DNA from: Mobula hypostoma
Lineage: Eukaryota
DNA length: 64,000 nucleotides
Assembly (NCBI RefSeq): GCF_963921235.1
Contig: NC_086108.1
Location: 42,100,001-42,164,000, forward strand
Direction: 5' to 3'
A model generated the notes under the pieces. It saw only the letters and a program-made list of their open reading frames with translations, had not been told where the DNA came from and made no database searches. The position numbers and the translations under genes were made by a program. Below are positions 39,601 to 50,875 of this stretch, piece by piece (the stretch's first letter is position 1; each line of letters begins with the position of its first letter).

Positions 39601-42600
39601 ACACAATCTTTCATGCAATACAGATGAGGACCGTTTTCTTTAGACCTGGAATAACAGATACAATACTCACATGAACATCTGCGTAAGAGGTAACAACATT
39701 CCTAGGGAAAAAATACTGCATGTTAAATGTTGACATTAGTGTAAAACATGTCCCCTTCAGGAAATTAAATCAAAATGTTGGAATCTCATTTCCAAGCAAT
39801 GGTAAAACAAGCATGAGTTGGCAAATTTAAATAAGTGAAGGAAAATAAGAATTCCTTTTCCTATGTTATTATGGATAAGCACACCAATTTTACAGTCTAA
39901 AGGACACAGTTTAGTTCTTCCTAAGGAAAAAAAATTCCTGATCTACCTGAGTTATTCATGCCTTAGATTTAGAGAATATTAAATGTTTACTCAATTCAAT
40001 TCTCTCTAAAAGAGGGGCTCCAATGCAATTAGGCATGCATCCAGTTCTAGCCACCACATTATAGAAAGGACATGAGAACCTCAGCTGAATAGAAATATGA
40101 TTCAATAACATTTTTCTGGGCACTGTTGCATGGGTAAATGGAGAAGCTGGGATTATTATCTTTAAGAAATGTTATGACAGAAGTATTCAAAGTTATGACA
40201 TAAATCAACTGCAACTATTTTATTAAAAAATCAGAAAGATTTTTTGGAATTTATTTCCCATCCCTTGAGTAATTGATGGGAGCCTCTTTCTTGAAACACT
40301 GCATGGTCCTTTTAGATAGAGAGCTTTGAGAATTTACTCCTAGCAATGAAGGATTGGTGAAGATTAGCCCTGATCTTACTGAATGGCAGAGCTGGCACAA
40401 GTTGCAAAATGTTCTATTCCTGCTTCTAGTTTTGTATTGTTATCCACTATTTCTGCATGTCTTATGGTGCGAGGCAAATTAGCTGAAGATCTTCTTCTGC
40501 AGTGTTGGAGAACTCAAAACCATGTCAGGATGGATCACCCATTTGGAACTTCTGGCTTAATGTGGCAGCAAATGCTTCAGCCTATCTAAGAAACAGGGCT
40601 GAATGAAGCTAAAATAAATTCTGAGCAGCAAGTTGGCATAATCTGGGATCCACTGAAAAAGGTGGAAGCAGTCTCAATTGCAGCTTTCAAAACAAAACAG
40701 AATCTGATCTATTGCAAAGAGAGGAGAAAATGCGGGACTTAATACAAAGGGGAAAGAGCTGGGGAATATAACCAACTGGATTACTAGTGCAGTCGCAGCA
40801 TGAGCTCAATGGCTTCTGTCTGTGTGCTGCAATAATTCTTTAACTCTACAAATGAATTACTTCATTAGAAAGACAGATCTAGCCTTTTTCCTCATCTGTA
40901 TTCCACTTATTCTTTGGAGACAATTGGTGTTAAGCAAACGTTTGTCCAAAATCTGAAAAGCATTTGTGGCCACAAGATTCAACTCAAAAGCTTGCGAGCA
41001 CATGGAGGGAGAGAAAAATCCTTTAACCAAGAAACCTGGACTAGATCTTGCACAACCCAGATTTTGACAAGTGCTTGAGCCCAGGATATGGTCTTCTATT
41101 AGAGCCCAAATCCAATCACATCAGCGCAACACACAGGGCATCATTTAACTTCTCTCTACATGTGAGCCACTGCCTTAACAAAAGATAAACAACATTGACA
41201 GCATAATGCCAGGCATCTGCATGTCAAATGTACTACTTAAATTGAATGCTTGCAGTTATGCAATTATACACTCACCAAAAATTTTTAAAATAATAAGTTA
41301 AATACACAATTATTAATTATTGAAATTGTTGAAATTATTAATTAAAGCAAATTAAAATCCTCTTTCCCTGAATGATTTCTATGGGTTTGTCACACTTGTA
41401 TTAGGTTAACATGGGTTGGTTCAACAGACAGAATTCTGAGCTAGAGTTCTTGGAAATATGTAGAAGTCTACAGAGTCCAGTTGGGCAGGAGAGAAATGCT
41501 GTGGTTGGTACTTTGCTGAGCGAAACACTGCAGTGCACCCTAGGCTTGGCAAATGTTAAATTAAGGTATATTTGCAAGCAGATCCATCACAGTCCATTAA
41601 CTTTTAAACTATGAGCAACAATGGGATATACTGTTGGCAGTGGTAAACAGTTAAATGCTTTACACAATAAAAGACTCAATAATGAAAGAATGGAAAGGAT
41701 GAAGGAAATATCTTTGATGAGCAATACCAGTGCACAATACAAAATCGATGTGATAAAAAATCTTTTCAAAGGAAAGGAAAGAGCTGACACCAGTGGTACA
41801 GCTAGTGGAGATGCTTCCTCATAACTCCTGTGACCAAGGTCCAATCTTGAGTTTGGATGCTGTCTCTGTGGAGTTTGTGCATTCTCCCTGTTTCACTTCG
41901 AAGTTTTCCTCTAATGTCCCCAAGATGTTAAGGCTGGTAGATCAATTGGCCCTAGTGAGTGGTAGAATCTGGAGGGAGTCAATGGAAATGTGGAAAGAAT
42001 AAAAATCAGGATCAATGTAGGATGAGTGTAAATAGGTGTTTTATAGCTGGCGTAGATTCACTGGACTGAAGGGTCTCTTTAAACAGTCTCTGATTCTAAG
42101 ATTTCAGGATGATTTTTCACTCTATCCCCTGCTGACAAATTCTTAATTATCATTGCAGATTTTTAAAAGCTTTATTTTCCTAACTTGTTACCATTACCAT
42201 GCTTGACTAAGTATCTTTGAATGCAATATACAATCCCTTCAGTATCATCAATGGACTTACGAAGAGAGATTGGCCACATAAGGTCCAAAGACTGGATGTT
42301 CCCTCACTCGCAGCTGCATAAAACAAAAAGATTTAACAAAATAACAAAAACATATTACAGCACAATCTAAAGCACTAATCTCACTTTTAACTCTTCAAAT
42401 GAAGTCAAGTTCTACAGGGAAATCAATTAGATCCCATCTTTACTGATGTTAATAGGAAACAATTTTCTAAAATCTCAGCAGATTTATCTAATCCAATGAA
42501 CCACGCAGACCAGATGGATTCCAAATTTAATCAATAATTTCCATTAAGTGAGCCAATCTCAGGCAGCGTGTTGGCTAAAGAACAGCAGCTAGCTTTGTGA

Positions 42601-45600
42601 TCCATTGGGTTGGCGTGAAGAGATCGATCCAACAGGCATTGTTTCATGCTGTTTCACGAGTTTCACTAGCTGAAATGACCAAAATCAAAACTTTGAGGAA
42701 TTTTTTAAATGTCTCATCTTGTTTATCAGTGGCTATTTTGGAACAAAAGAAGATATATCCCTCTAACCTATGAAACTATTTAAAGTCATCATGGTTAATA
42801 CAATGCATTTGTCCCACATCCTTGCAATAACTTCAATTAACAGGAATCAAAACTATTTCAACTGACTACTGTTTGCAAATGGGTTCCAAATTTTTACCTC
42901 CATCATTGTGTAAATGCTTCCTAGTTTAATCTCAATCAGCACAATTGTTTTTCTCCATCTTCATTTCCCAATTTATGGAAAGCATAATGGTTAAAAGAGA
43001 CAATAAAAAGATTGAACATGCAAGACATTCAGTTTACTTCAACAGTAAAACATAGGCTCACCCTTGTTGCTGTTGAGCTAAGGAATAATGTATATTTTTT
43101 TAAAAAATCAAAACAGCAAGGGAGCAAAAGCAAACTAAAGCTCATTCTTGATCAAATTATTTTGTATTTAAAAATTAAACTGCTGTAAACAGTTTTTTAA
43201 ATACAAAATAATTTGATCAGGAATGAGCTTTTGCTAACCGAACTGTTGTCTTCAGACTTACAGATTGCTTTATTTCTGCTTTTCCACTTCCACCAACTAA
43301 CAAATCATGAATTTTCTCATTGTAGACTTCAAAGTAGCTCATTTCAATGCAGTATGCAACCTTTGAAATAAAAAATATATAGTTAGCAGGATAGCTTTCA
43401 ATTTCCACCCTCTATAACACAATTCCCAAACTTAATATAATAAAAGGTATTTCCAGAATCTACTTAGACACACAAACAGCTCATGTTAACTGATTTTGCC
43501 AGTAAGGCAGGACAGCGGGATTATATAGTGGTTACATCTCTTGGCCAGTAATCAGATGCCTGGACTAATTATTGAGAAAAACCTGTTCAAATCCACTGTA
43601 TCTGGGGAATTCTATTTTAGTTGGCATCAGTAGTAATGATTATAAAATTAAAATGTAAACCTATTTTAATAGGTGTAGGAAAGATATGTCCCACAGAGGA
43701 AGAGGTTCTCAAATGACAGGGGTAGGCAACTGTGGCTGACAGAGGAAGTTAAGGACTGCATAAAGGCCAAGGAAAGAGCATACATAAGGCAGCAAAAGTG
43801 AGTGGGAAGTCTTTAAAATCCAACAAAAAGCAACTAAAAAAACAATAAGGGTAAAGAAGAAATATGAGGGCAGACTAGCCAATAATATAAAGCAGGATAC
43901 CAGAAATTTTTTTTCTGTTATATAAAGTAGTAAGAGGGAAGTGAGAATTGAAATTGGACCACTGGAAAATGATGCTGGTGAGGTAGTAATAGGGGACAAA
44001 GAAATGGCCGATGAACTTAATGGGTACTTTGCGTCTGTCTTCACTGTAGAAGACACAAGCAGTGTTCCAAAGGTCCATGAGTGTCAGGGAGCAGGAGTGA
44101 GTGTCATTACTATTACAAAGGATAAAGTACTAGGCAAACTCAAAAGTCTTAAGGTGGATAAGTCACCTTGGACAGCAGGACTACATCCCAGAGTCCTGAG
44201 AGAGGTTGCTGAAGAGATAACGGATGCATTGGTCATGATCTTTCAAGAATCACTTGATTCTGGCTTAGTCCCAGAAGACTGGAGGATTGCAAATGTCAGT
44301 CCACTCTTTAAGAAGGGAGGAAGGCAAAAGAAAGGAGATTATAGATCAGTTAGCCTAACCTCAGTGAGTGGGTGTCTATTATTTAGGATAAGGCTTCGAG
44401 GTACTCGCGGATTTTGCGGACGATATAAAGATAGGTGGAGGGGTAGGCGGTGCTGAGGAAACAATGAGATTGCAATGGAACTTAGACAAATTGGAAGAAT
44501 GGGCAATAAAAAATGGCAGATGGAATACAGTGTTGGGAAACGTATGGTAATGCATTTTAGTAAAAGGAACAATAGTGCAGACTATTATCTAAATGAGGAG
44601 AGGGTTTAATCATCAGAGGTGTAGAGGGACTTGGGATTCCTCGTGCAAAATTCCAGAAGGTTAATTTACAAGTTGAGTCTGTGATAAAGAAGGCAAGTGC
44701 AATGTTGGCATTTATTTCAAGGGGAATAGAATATAAAAGCAAGGAGATAGTACTGAGCCTTCATAAGACACTAGTCAGGTAGTACTTGGAGTATTGTCAA
44801 CAGTTTTGGGCCCTATATCTCAGAAAGGATGTGCTCACAAGGATGATTCCAGGAATAAAGGGGTTAACATATGAGGAGAATTTGGCAGCTTTGGGTTGTA
44901 CTCACTGGAATTTAGAAGAATGTGGGGATGGGGGTGGAGATCTCATTGAAACCTATCGAATGTTGAAAGGACTAGATAGGGTGGACGTGGAGAGGATGTT
45001 TCCTTTGATCAGGATACAGCCTCAAAATTGATGGGCGATGCTTTAGAACAGAGGTAAGTAGGATTTTTTTTAGCCAGAGGGCAGTAAATCTGTGGAATGC
45101 TCTGCTACAGACCACGAAGGAGGCCAAGTCCATGCATATATTTAAGGAAGAAATTGATAATTTCCTGATCAGTCAAGGTTTCAAAGGATATGTCGAGAAG
45201 GCAGGTGTTTGCGATTGAGTGGGATCCGGGATCAGCCATGGTGGAATGGCAGAGCAGGCTCAATTGGCTGAATGGCCTAATTCTGCTATGTCTTATGGTC
45301 TGTTCTAAATAGGTCATATGAATGCGAAAAATGAAATTAATATGAAATAAAAACATACTTCATTCACTTACATCCCTTGCAGACAGAAGTGTACAACTTC
45401 TAACTACAACCACACACCACAGCAATGTGCCGACTTTATAGGACCATATGAAATGGGCTCCAAATTCATTTAAGCATAATTGGAAACTACAATATCCTTC
45501 TTGACGTTAATGATTTTTTTAAAGTTCATATTTGTTAACTACTTCACAAGAGACATTACATGATTAATCAGATAAACAAACTAGTCAAATTAACAAATAA

Positions 45601-48600
45601 GAATATTCTTTTCTGCAAGAAAATTTTAATTTTAATCTCCATTACCTGGTAAAATTAGACAGTTGGTGATGTAAAATCAACTGGGAAAATTGCTTGCTGT
45701 TTACCTCAGGGAAAAAAAAACAATAACAAGGACAACCCCCTGACATCAGGGTTTCTTTCTTAAAAATGCAGACAAACAGCAACTGTTCACAAAAACAACT
45801 CATTATTTCTCTGAAGAGAAATTAGAGTTGGCAATAAACACTGGGCTTTCTACCCAAAATGTTAACTTTATTCTCACCAAGCATTTTCAACTTTTTACTA
45901 TTTCTCATTTACTTTAACCACCACTATGATCAAACAACAAATGCAGAAAGGGCTCAGTTGATATTTAAACAGGTTTAAATTTTAATCAACTGCCAGATCA
46001 GGGTAAATTCTTACAATTTTCTCACCAGCTGGACTGCAGGGAAAGAAGGAGATAGACACAGAGGGGCTCCTTTTAAGCAAGCACTTTTCTTGATGGATCA
46101 AGAGGAGCTGAGTCACAAAAATAACTTAACTTCTCCCTCTCCCCTCTTTATTGATCATGTTTATCCTAAAATCCTATCTTTTGTGAATTAGTAAAGCCTC
46201 AGAACTTGTCCGTTATGTCTTAATGACGGCCATTCAGTTCCTTGTATACCTCCACAACGGGTACAACTACAATAATGACTAGCCTGGGCAGTCCTTTGAA
46301 TGAATTATAGCATGAAAACGCACAGATGACTCCAACCCCATTTTCCTGCATTATCCCAGTATTCTTTGATTCCCCTCGTCCATTTCTTCCTCCCTATTGA
46401 TCTCCCTCCTGACACTTACCCTTGCAAGCGAAACAAGTGCTACATCTACCTCTATACCTCCTCCCTCACTAGCACTCAGGGCTCCAAAAAGTCCTTCCAG
46501 GTGAGGCTACATTTCACCCATGAGTCTGTTGGGGTCATCTACTGTATCTGGTGCTCCCAGTGTGGCCTCCTGTATATTGGTGAGACCCAACGCAGATTGA
46601 GAGATCGCTTCACCACAAACCTACGCCAGAAAAAGCGAGATCTCCTAACAGCCACCCATTTTAATTCTACTTTCCATTCCCATTCTAACATGCCAGTCTA
46701 TGGCCTCCTCTACTGCCGCGATGAGGCCACACGTCAGTTGGAGGAGCAACGCCTCCAACCCAGTAGCACAAATATTGATTTCTGGAACTTCCGGTGATGC
46801 CCCACACCTCACCATTCCTCATTTCCATTTCCCTCTCTCACCTTATCTTACCTGCCCATCACTTCCCTCTGGTGCTCCTACCCCCTTTTTATTCTTCCAT
46901 GGCCTTTTGCCCTCTTTATCAGATTCCCCTTCTCCAGCCTTTTATCTCTTTCACCAATCAACTTCCCAGCTCCTTACTTCACCCATCTCCCTCTCCCAGT
47001 TGCACCTTTCACCTACTACCTAGCATTTCTTCCTCCCTTTCTCTCATCTCCTTACTCTGACTTCTCATCTTGTTTTCTCCAGCCCTGATGTAGGGTCTCG
47101 GCCCAAAACGTCAGCTGTTTACTCTTTTCCATAGATGCAGCTTGGCCTGCTGAGTTCTTCCAGCATCTTGTGTGTGTTTCTTTGATTGCCCTGCTATCTT
47201 TTGCGATAGACAATGCCAAAACCCAACAGGAGGTTTCTTGCCAGACCAAAATGATCAACTTTTGGTTCTGAGATTAGATGCACGTTTGAAATTCCAAAGC
47301 ATCGAAATAACCCTCAAAATCTAGCTGTTAAGATGCTTAAGAAATTTTTATCTCCTGCATGAGGAGATCCGCTTTCCTTGTTTTGAACATATGGGAAATA
47401 GGCCTTGTCTTCTAAATTTGCTCCAAAAGACAGTCATCTTTCCCAAGAATCATGCTAATATGCATGTGAATGAGATGACAATATAGTCAATATCGTGAGT
47501 CTGTAACCCTTCATCAGAATATGAAAAGGGATAGATAATCTTCAAGAGTGTAGAAAGTGGATGAGAGCTGTGTAGAACAAAGGGAATATCTATTATAGGG
47601 CAAGTTGAAATGGATTTATTGCAAAGGGACTGAAACTGGAATAAAATCACAATACTGCAATTATTTTGGGCATTGCTGAGAGTATTCCTAGACAACAGGG
47701 TACAGTTTGATCTCCAAGGGTCATACAACAATAACAGGCCCTTTGGCACACTATGCCCATACTGACCATTCATCACCCTGTACATGGTTTTAACTTTTCT
47801 CTCTCATCCCTTTATTAAATTAAAATAGTATCACATTCTGTATGTCATGATAACGTCTACAAAGTTCATTCTCCTTCATCCACAATAATTAATTACCTTT
47901 TTATTCCCCCAGTCCTATATCACAAAGCTATTGCTTGCACATCTACTGAGACATGAAGAAGCTTGTGTCTGCTTTTTACAGCAGAGTGAGACTGGTGTAA
48001 GATTGCACCTGGGGTTTCTTTACTTCTCTGTGATTTGGAACCACATTGTCTTGTACAAAACCAGTCAACAGCCTGAGGCTGGGAGTTTACAAGTCTCAAC
48101 TCCTGTCCCTGGGTTCCTGCTCTGAGGCAAAAATCAAGTCTTAGCTCTGAACAGATTTTCAAAGAAAGTTCCCAGTTGTTTGCAAATCTATAATTAAGGT
48201 GGATTATAAATAGTGTAGGTTTTTTTTTGATGGAATACTAACCTGCTGGTTAGGTCGTGTTACCAGGGCAAACAAGTGTTCACAGAATCTTGGTATGACT
48301 CCCTTATCAGTGAAGCCCATCATTCTTTGAATTAACAAAATAATGTTTAAAAATCAAAAGTTATTTTAATGAATTAAACTTCCTTTATCAAGGCAGTAAA
48401 ACGAAGCAATAGCTACATTTATACAAGTAAAAACAAACTGCAACTGAGAAAACAGTGCATATCAGTAAGCTTATTAGTCAAATTAAATAATGTAAATATA
48501 AACAATTTAATCATTACAATTCTCATTTATGTAAATTCAGACCTCAGATAAAGAAAGATGTAATTGCTGCTGTGAATGGTGAAGGATATACACATGTAAG

Positions 48601-49829
48601 ATGCCAACAGGATTGAAAGCACTTGTTTAAAAAAAGATTAAATTTAACACAGCAATTGAATTAACTTGGCACAAGTTGTATTAGATGAGAGGGCTATCTA
48701 ACCAAGAAATTTATGTTGAATTATTCTTAGAAACAAATTTGAAATTTTGAGACACTCCGTTTCCTAACCATAAGCAGAGAATTGTGGACACAATTCAGCA
48801 CATCAGGAAAACTATCCTCCCTTCCGTGGACTCTACTCTTCTCACTGCCTCAGTAAAATCTGGACACAAAGTAGCACAGCGGTTAGTGCGACGCCATTAA
48901 AGCTCAAGGTGTTTCCAAGATCAGAGTTCAATCCCGGCACCATATGTAAGGAGTTTGTACATTCTTCCTGCAATCCATGTGGATTTCCTCCAGGTGCTCT
49001 GGCTTCCTCGCAGAGTCTAAAGACGTACCAGTTAGTAGATTAATTGGTCATTGTAAATTGTCCTGTGATTAGGCTACTGTTAAAGAGGTGGGATGCTGCG
49101 TGGTGCGGCTCACTGGACCAGAAGGGCCTGTTCCACACTGCATCTCCAAATGAATAAAACAGCCAACATAATCAAATGACCCACTCACCCTGGATATTCT
49201 CTCTTCACCCACTCCCATCAGGTAAAACTTACAAAATCCTGAAAGCACATACCACCAAGTTCAAAGGCAGTTTCTGCCATACTATTGAATGGTCCCCACT
49301 TTGAAAAGATGGACTCACTTTGCACTTCATCAGCCTGCTGTATACCTTCTCTGTAACTTTAACTCTTTATGTTGCTTTCTGATATTATTTTCCTTTTTCT
49401 ACCACAATGCACTGATGTGATGAAATGATCTATGCAGGTGACTTGCAAAACAATGTTTTCAAATATGACGAGAATAAACCAACTTATCATGTTTATCAGC
49501 AATTGGGATGATAATAATAGATATGCAGATATATACAGCAATAATCCAGCAATTTAAGGCATCATTGCACTTACGTATATGACTTTCCAGAACCAGTCTG
49601 CCCATATGCAAAGAGACATGCATTGTAGCCATCAAAAGCTCTCTCTAGCAGAGGGAGTCCTATTTTGTTATACACAGTTTCCTGACTTGAAAATTTGGGG
49701 TGCAATTCATCAAATGACCAGAATGAAAAGTCATAAATAAATGAATAAGTGTGATTGGTGTCTGGATGTTTGATAACAGTGTCTTGTCCTTCCATGGAAA
49801 CTACCAATTGTGCATTTTCAATTTTTTCC
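3537..49829 (-). CDS. KIF14: Kinesin-3 family motor KIF14, partial multi-exon gene (18 coding exons in window; 5' and 3' exons outside)
   Basis: Spliced exons give one continuous frame with P-loop GQTGSGKS, switch I SSRSH, switch II DLAGSE, an FHA domain ([12 protein letters not shown]...[17 protein letters not shown]) and KIF14-typical segments ([46 protein letters not shown]). All intron phases are compatible. Confidence 0.96.
4423..4564 (-). CDS. KIF14: KIF14 exon (142 bp, or 136 bp if it ends at 4429)
   Basis: tctcccag| [45 protein letters not shown]...; two in-phase GT donors 6 nt apart, so the 3' end is ambiguous. Confidence 0.87.
5790..7000 (+). mobile_element. CR1 LINE 3' fragment, degraded, interrupted by a Penelope-derived insert
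   Basis: [36 protein letters not shown]; tcttaaggtcttatgg tail. Confidence 0.88.
6537..6670. mobile_element. Short Penelope-derived terminal-repeat insertion with internal inversion
   Basis: Flanked by direct repeat tgtgaaaggc (about 6527 and 6671). The first part is the reverse complement of the terminal sequence at 47090-47175; the second part is forward (ttccagcatctgcaga). Confidence 0.75.
7060..7206 (-). CDS. KIF14: KIF14 exon (147 bp), stalk coiled coil
   Basis: ttgctcag| [49 protein letters not shown] |gtagga. Confidence 0.9.
7495..7835 (-). mobile_element. CR1 LINE 3' end fragment
   Basis: Reverse-strand [23 protein letters not shown] and CR1-like 3' UTR. Confidence 0.75.
7870..9110 (+). 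mobile_element. CR1 5' UTR/ORF1 (esterase-like) remnant
   Basis: Similar to ORF1 of the copy at 61343-62122 (gtgatagggga, [12 protein letters not shown], accaatgacatgggtagg), heavily mutated. Confidence 0.75.
9115..9600 (-). mobile_element. CR1 ORF1-end/ORF2-start fragments
   Basis: LNCVYFNA (endonuclease start) and gagggcttcagattttttggatcattgg on the reverse strand; partly duplicated. Confidence 0.65.
9610..11199 (-). mobile_element. Full-length Tc1-family (DD34E) transposon, 1590 bp, defective
   Basis: TA duplication at 9608-9609 and 11200-11201. TIRs of about 210 bp each carry aaaagttggga-like direct repeats at both ends (IR/DR type). Transposase from GRGSPLC (start mutated to ACG) through [16 protein letters not shown] and [10 protein letters not shown], with stops and a frameshift. 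Confidence 0.95.
11230..12260 (-). mobile_element. CR1 5' UTR/ORF1 remnant
   Basis: [29 protein letters not shown] (zinc finger/leucine zipper) and [11 protein letters not shown]...[19 protein letters not shown] (SGNH esterase-like). Confidence 0.85.
12780..12927 (-). CDS. KIF14: KIF14 exon (148 bp), stalk coiled coil
   Basis: atttacag| [49 protein letters not shown] |gtaatt. Confidence 0.94.
14395..14610 (-). mobile_element. CR1 3' end fragment
   Basis: [24 protein letters not shown] plus 3' UTR. Confidence 0.7.
15364..15588 (+). mobile_element. tRNA-derived SINE
   Basis: Pol III A box tggcatagtgg, B box gttcgaattc, cctttcctttcct tail, and 9-bp duplication tattgaggg (15355-15363 and 15589-15597). 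Confidence 0.75.
16626..17217 (+). mobile_element. Non-coding insertion of about 590 bp, possibly an RTE-derived non-autonomous retroelement
   Basis: Interrupts the CR1, has no ORF, ends in a (cacct)3 tail and contains ggaaaactctgatcgcaaacc, which resembles RTE 5' UTRs. The family assignment is tentative. Confidence 0.4.
17294..17565 (+). mobile_element. V-SINE/HE1-like SINE
   Basis: V-domain-like ttttccctgggtggtctggtttcctcccaca, ttaattgatcattgtaagttgtccc and A-rich tail; similar to 48862-49160. Confidence 0.7.
18882..19042 (-). CDS. KIF14: KIF14 exon (161 bp), FHA domain end
   Basis: ttttaaag| [53 protein letters not shown](R) |gtaaaa. Confidence 0.94.
19640..20200 (+). mobile_element. CR1 3' fragment whose tail is the target of the hAT element
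   Basis: cacttggagtaccgtgagcagttttgggcccc, [19 protein letters not shown], 3' UTR ggcctaattctgctcctatgtctt. Confidence 0.85.
20201..23101 (-). mobile_element. Full-length hAT transposon (Buster/Charlie/SPIN-like), 2.9 kb, with degraded transposase
   Basis: Perfect 15-bp TIRs TAGTGGTCGCCAACC / GGTTGGCGACCACTA and perfect 8-bp duplication TCTTAGGG (nnnTAnnn) at 20193-20200 and 23102-23109. Confidence 0.95.
20517..22360 (-). pseudogene. hAT transposase pseudogene (GTF2IRD2/EPM2AIP1-like family)
   Basis: BED-type finger CVCMLC...[67 protein letters not shown]; several frameshifts and stops. Confidence 0.9.
23238..23340 (-). CDS. KIF14: KIF14 exon (103 bp), FHA domain
   Basis: acttgcag| [34 protein letters not shown] |gtaagt. 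Confidence 0.94.
23696..23827 (+). mobile_element. 132-bp Penelope-derived terminal fragment beginning at a hammerhead ribozyme core
   Basis: 12-bp duplication ccaagataaaat (23684-23695 and 23828-23839); starts CTGACGA-A-GGG-TCCCGG-CCC-GAAA-TGTC. Confidence 0.8.
24650..24834 (-). CDS. KIF14: KIF14 exon (185 bp), FHA domain start
   Basis: ttctgcag| [61 protein letters not shown](C) |gtgaga. Confidence 0.95.
25496..25559 (-). CDS. KIF14: KIF14 exon (64 bp) with apparent GC donor
   Basis: acttttag| [21 protein letters not shown] |gctagc; peptide fits the expected KIF14 segment, donor is non-canonical. Confidence 0.88.
26045..30390 (-). mobile_element. Nest of three CR1 LINEs
   Basis: Outer copy at about 26045-26597 and 29946-30390; middle copy at about 26598-27933 and 28484-29945 (endonuclease [11 protein letters not shown] through RT); inner 3' fragment at about 27934-28483. 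Each has its own 3' UTR/tail. Confidence 0.88.
30443..30590 (-). CDS. KIF14: KIF14 exon (148 bp), coiled coil
   Basis: gaaccag| (E)[48 protein letters not shown](R) |gtaagg. Confidence 0.93.
31627..31799 (-). CDS. KIF14: KIF14 exon (173 bp), end of motor domain and neck
   Basis: tgctgcag| [57 protein letters not shown] |gttagc. Confidence 0.95.
32091..32209 (-). CDS. KIF14: KIF14 exon (119 bp)
   Basis: tattacag| [39 protein letters not shown](W) |gtgagt. Confidence 0.95.
32450..34700 (+). mobile_element. Old RTE-clade LINE remnant
   Basis: Degenerate motifs read across frameshifts: [14 protein letters not shown] at about 33660 and [21 protein letters not shown] at about 34230, which resemble the RTE ORF2 RT domain and C-terminus. 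Confidence 0.65.
35757..36580 (+). mobile_element. 5'-truncated CR1 inserted in the pogo transposase
   Basis: 212-aa [19 protein letters not shown]...[12 protein letters not shown]; 8-bp duplication atatgatg (35749-35756 and 36581-36588). Confidence 0.92.
37250..37641 (+). mobile_element. Probable solo LTR (about 390 bp)
   Basis: Termini TGCTGTAG...CTACAACA (7/8 inverted match), TATAAA at 37487 and AATAAA at 37575; no clear target-site duplication. Confidence 0.6.
38332..38448 (-). CDS. KIF14: KIF14 exon (117 bp), switch II
   Basis: tcctgcag| [39 protein letters not shown] |gtaaac. Confidence 0.95.
39420..39527 (-). CDS. KIF14: KIF14 exon (108 bp), switch I
   Basis: tttattag| [36 protein letters not shown] |gtacat. 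Confidence 0.95.
39671..39701 (-). CDS. KIF14: KIF14 micro-exon (31 bp)
   Basis: ttccctag| [10 protein letters not shown] |gtgagt; its phases join the neighbouring exons exactly. Confidence 0.92.
41790..42100 (+). mobile_element. Degraded V-SINE-like tRNA SINE
   Basis: ggtacagctagtggagatgct head and tgtctctgtggagtttgtgcattctccctg core. Confidence 0.55.
42261..42313 (-). CDS. KIF14: KIF14 exon (53 bp)
   Basis: ttatgcag| [17 protein letters not shown](S) |gtaagt. Confidence 0.94.
43262..43360 (-). CDS. KIF14: KIF14 exon (99 bp)
   Basis: tttcaaag| [33 protein letters not shown] |gtaagt. Confidence 0.94.
43670..45305 (+). mobile_element. CR1 LINE fragment with internal deletions
   Basis: [47 protein letters not shown]...YRSVSLTSV; 3' UTR ending tgtcttatggtc. 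Confidence 0.9.
46365..47180 (+). mobile_element. Penelope-like retroelement 3' part (GIY-YIG endonuclease and terminal repeat)
   Basis: ORF 46366-46797 has [27 protein letters not shown] (GIY-YIG with CxxC), followed by a pyrimidine-rich UTR and a hammerhead-like terminus. Confidence 0.88.
48243..48324 (-). CDS. KIF14: KIF14 exon (82 bp)
   Basis: ttcaaag| [27 protein letters not shown] |gttagt. Confidence 0.92.
48780..49295 (+). mobile_element. Rex1/Babar-like LINE 3' fragment split by a SINE
   Basis: Degenerate [24 protein letters not shown] C-terminus read across frameshifts. Confidence 0.55.
48862..49160 (+). mobile_element. V-SINE/HE1-like tRNA SINE
   Basis: A box tagcacagcgg, B box gttcaatcc, V-domain gtggatttcctccaggtgctctggcttcctc. 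Confidence 0.75.
49575..49829 (-). CDS. KIF14: KIF14 exon (255 bp), motor domain start and P-loop
   Basis: ttttttcag| [24 protein letters not shown]...[12 protein letters not shown](T) |gtaagt. Confidence 0.95.
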
Positions 49830-50875
49830 CTGAAAAAAATAAAAGAAAGGTGTTAAACAAAAGTATTGAGAGAAGTTCCATATCATAACTAAATAACATT
49901 AAGAACAAACAAGCAGCTTTTTTAGTATATGTAACACTGCTGGCTACCAACAGTACAATCTCTTTCTCTATTAATAAGACAATTGCACATTGTCTTTTAC
50001 TCATGTCGTAAGCTTTTTTAATACATGGCTCAACATAATTTTCAAGTTAGCTACAATACATAATACCCCTATAAGAAACCATTGTAGAACAGTAGCAAGT
50101 GAAGCTCCCCAACTTCAAGTAGAGTTGGTATTAAGAACGGAGAAGGAGGAATAAGATGGAGTGAGCCTTTCCAACAGGAGATGGAGTTTGTAAAGGAGGA
50201 AATCAGATGAGATTTGATAGATACTTTATTGATCCTGAAGGAAATTACAATGTCATAGTAGCGGATATACAAATATTAGAAAGGAAGAAAGAATTTAAAA
50301 ATCAGTTACCTTAAAAATAAGATGTACAATATTTACCATGTTCATCATCCTACAGATATAGTGTATATAGAACTCGAAAGAAAAAAATTAGTGTTTTTAA
50401 AAAGTTGTACTATGTACAGCATGTAATTATCCAAAAGGAAAATCACAGCATATACGTGAGGATTTTGATATCAAAGTGCATTTCAGATTTCAGAGCCACC
50501 AAGAGCACAAAGTTCCATTTTGGATGATCATAACTGAAACAGCAATGCAACTATAATTTACCGTACCTTCAAGAACTCAGTAGGGAGAAACAAAAAAAAA
50601 CACACTAGGATGTTTATTCCTAATGATGCTCAAGCAATACCTGCTGAAAAAAATAGCTATACTTGCAAGTCCACAGGCCAATAAACTGTACATGTATGTG
50701 TTCATAGGATTAAGTCCATGTATTTACACAAAATGTTCCCCCACTGCAGATTACTACACTTGGCACAAAGCTTAATGACAAACTAAAAATAAGTTTAGGG
50801 CCTTTGTGACAAGACTTAATTGTTTGCACTGGAGACAAGCTAATTCTGTAAAGTAAATGAATACACAAGTCATTA

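Noticed and set aside
41275..41360. AT-rich quasi-palindromic tract
   Set aside because: Low complexity, as expected by chance in an AT-rich intron.
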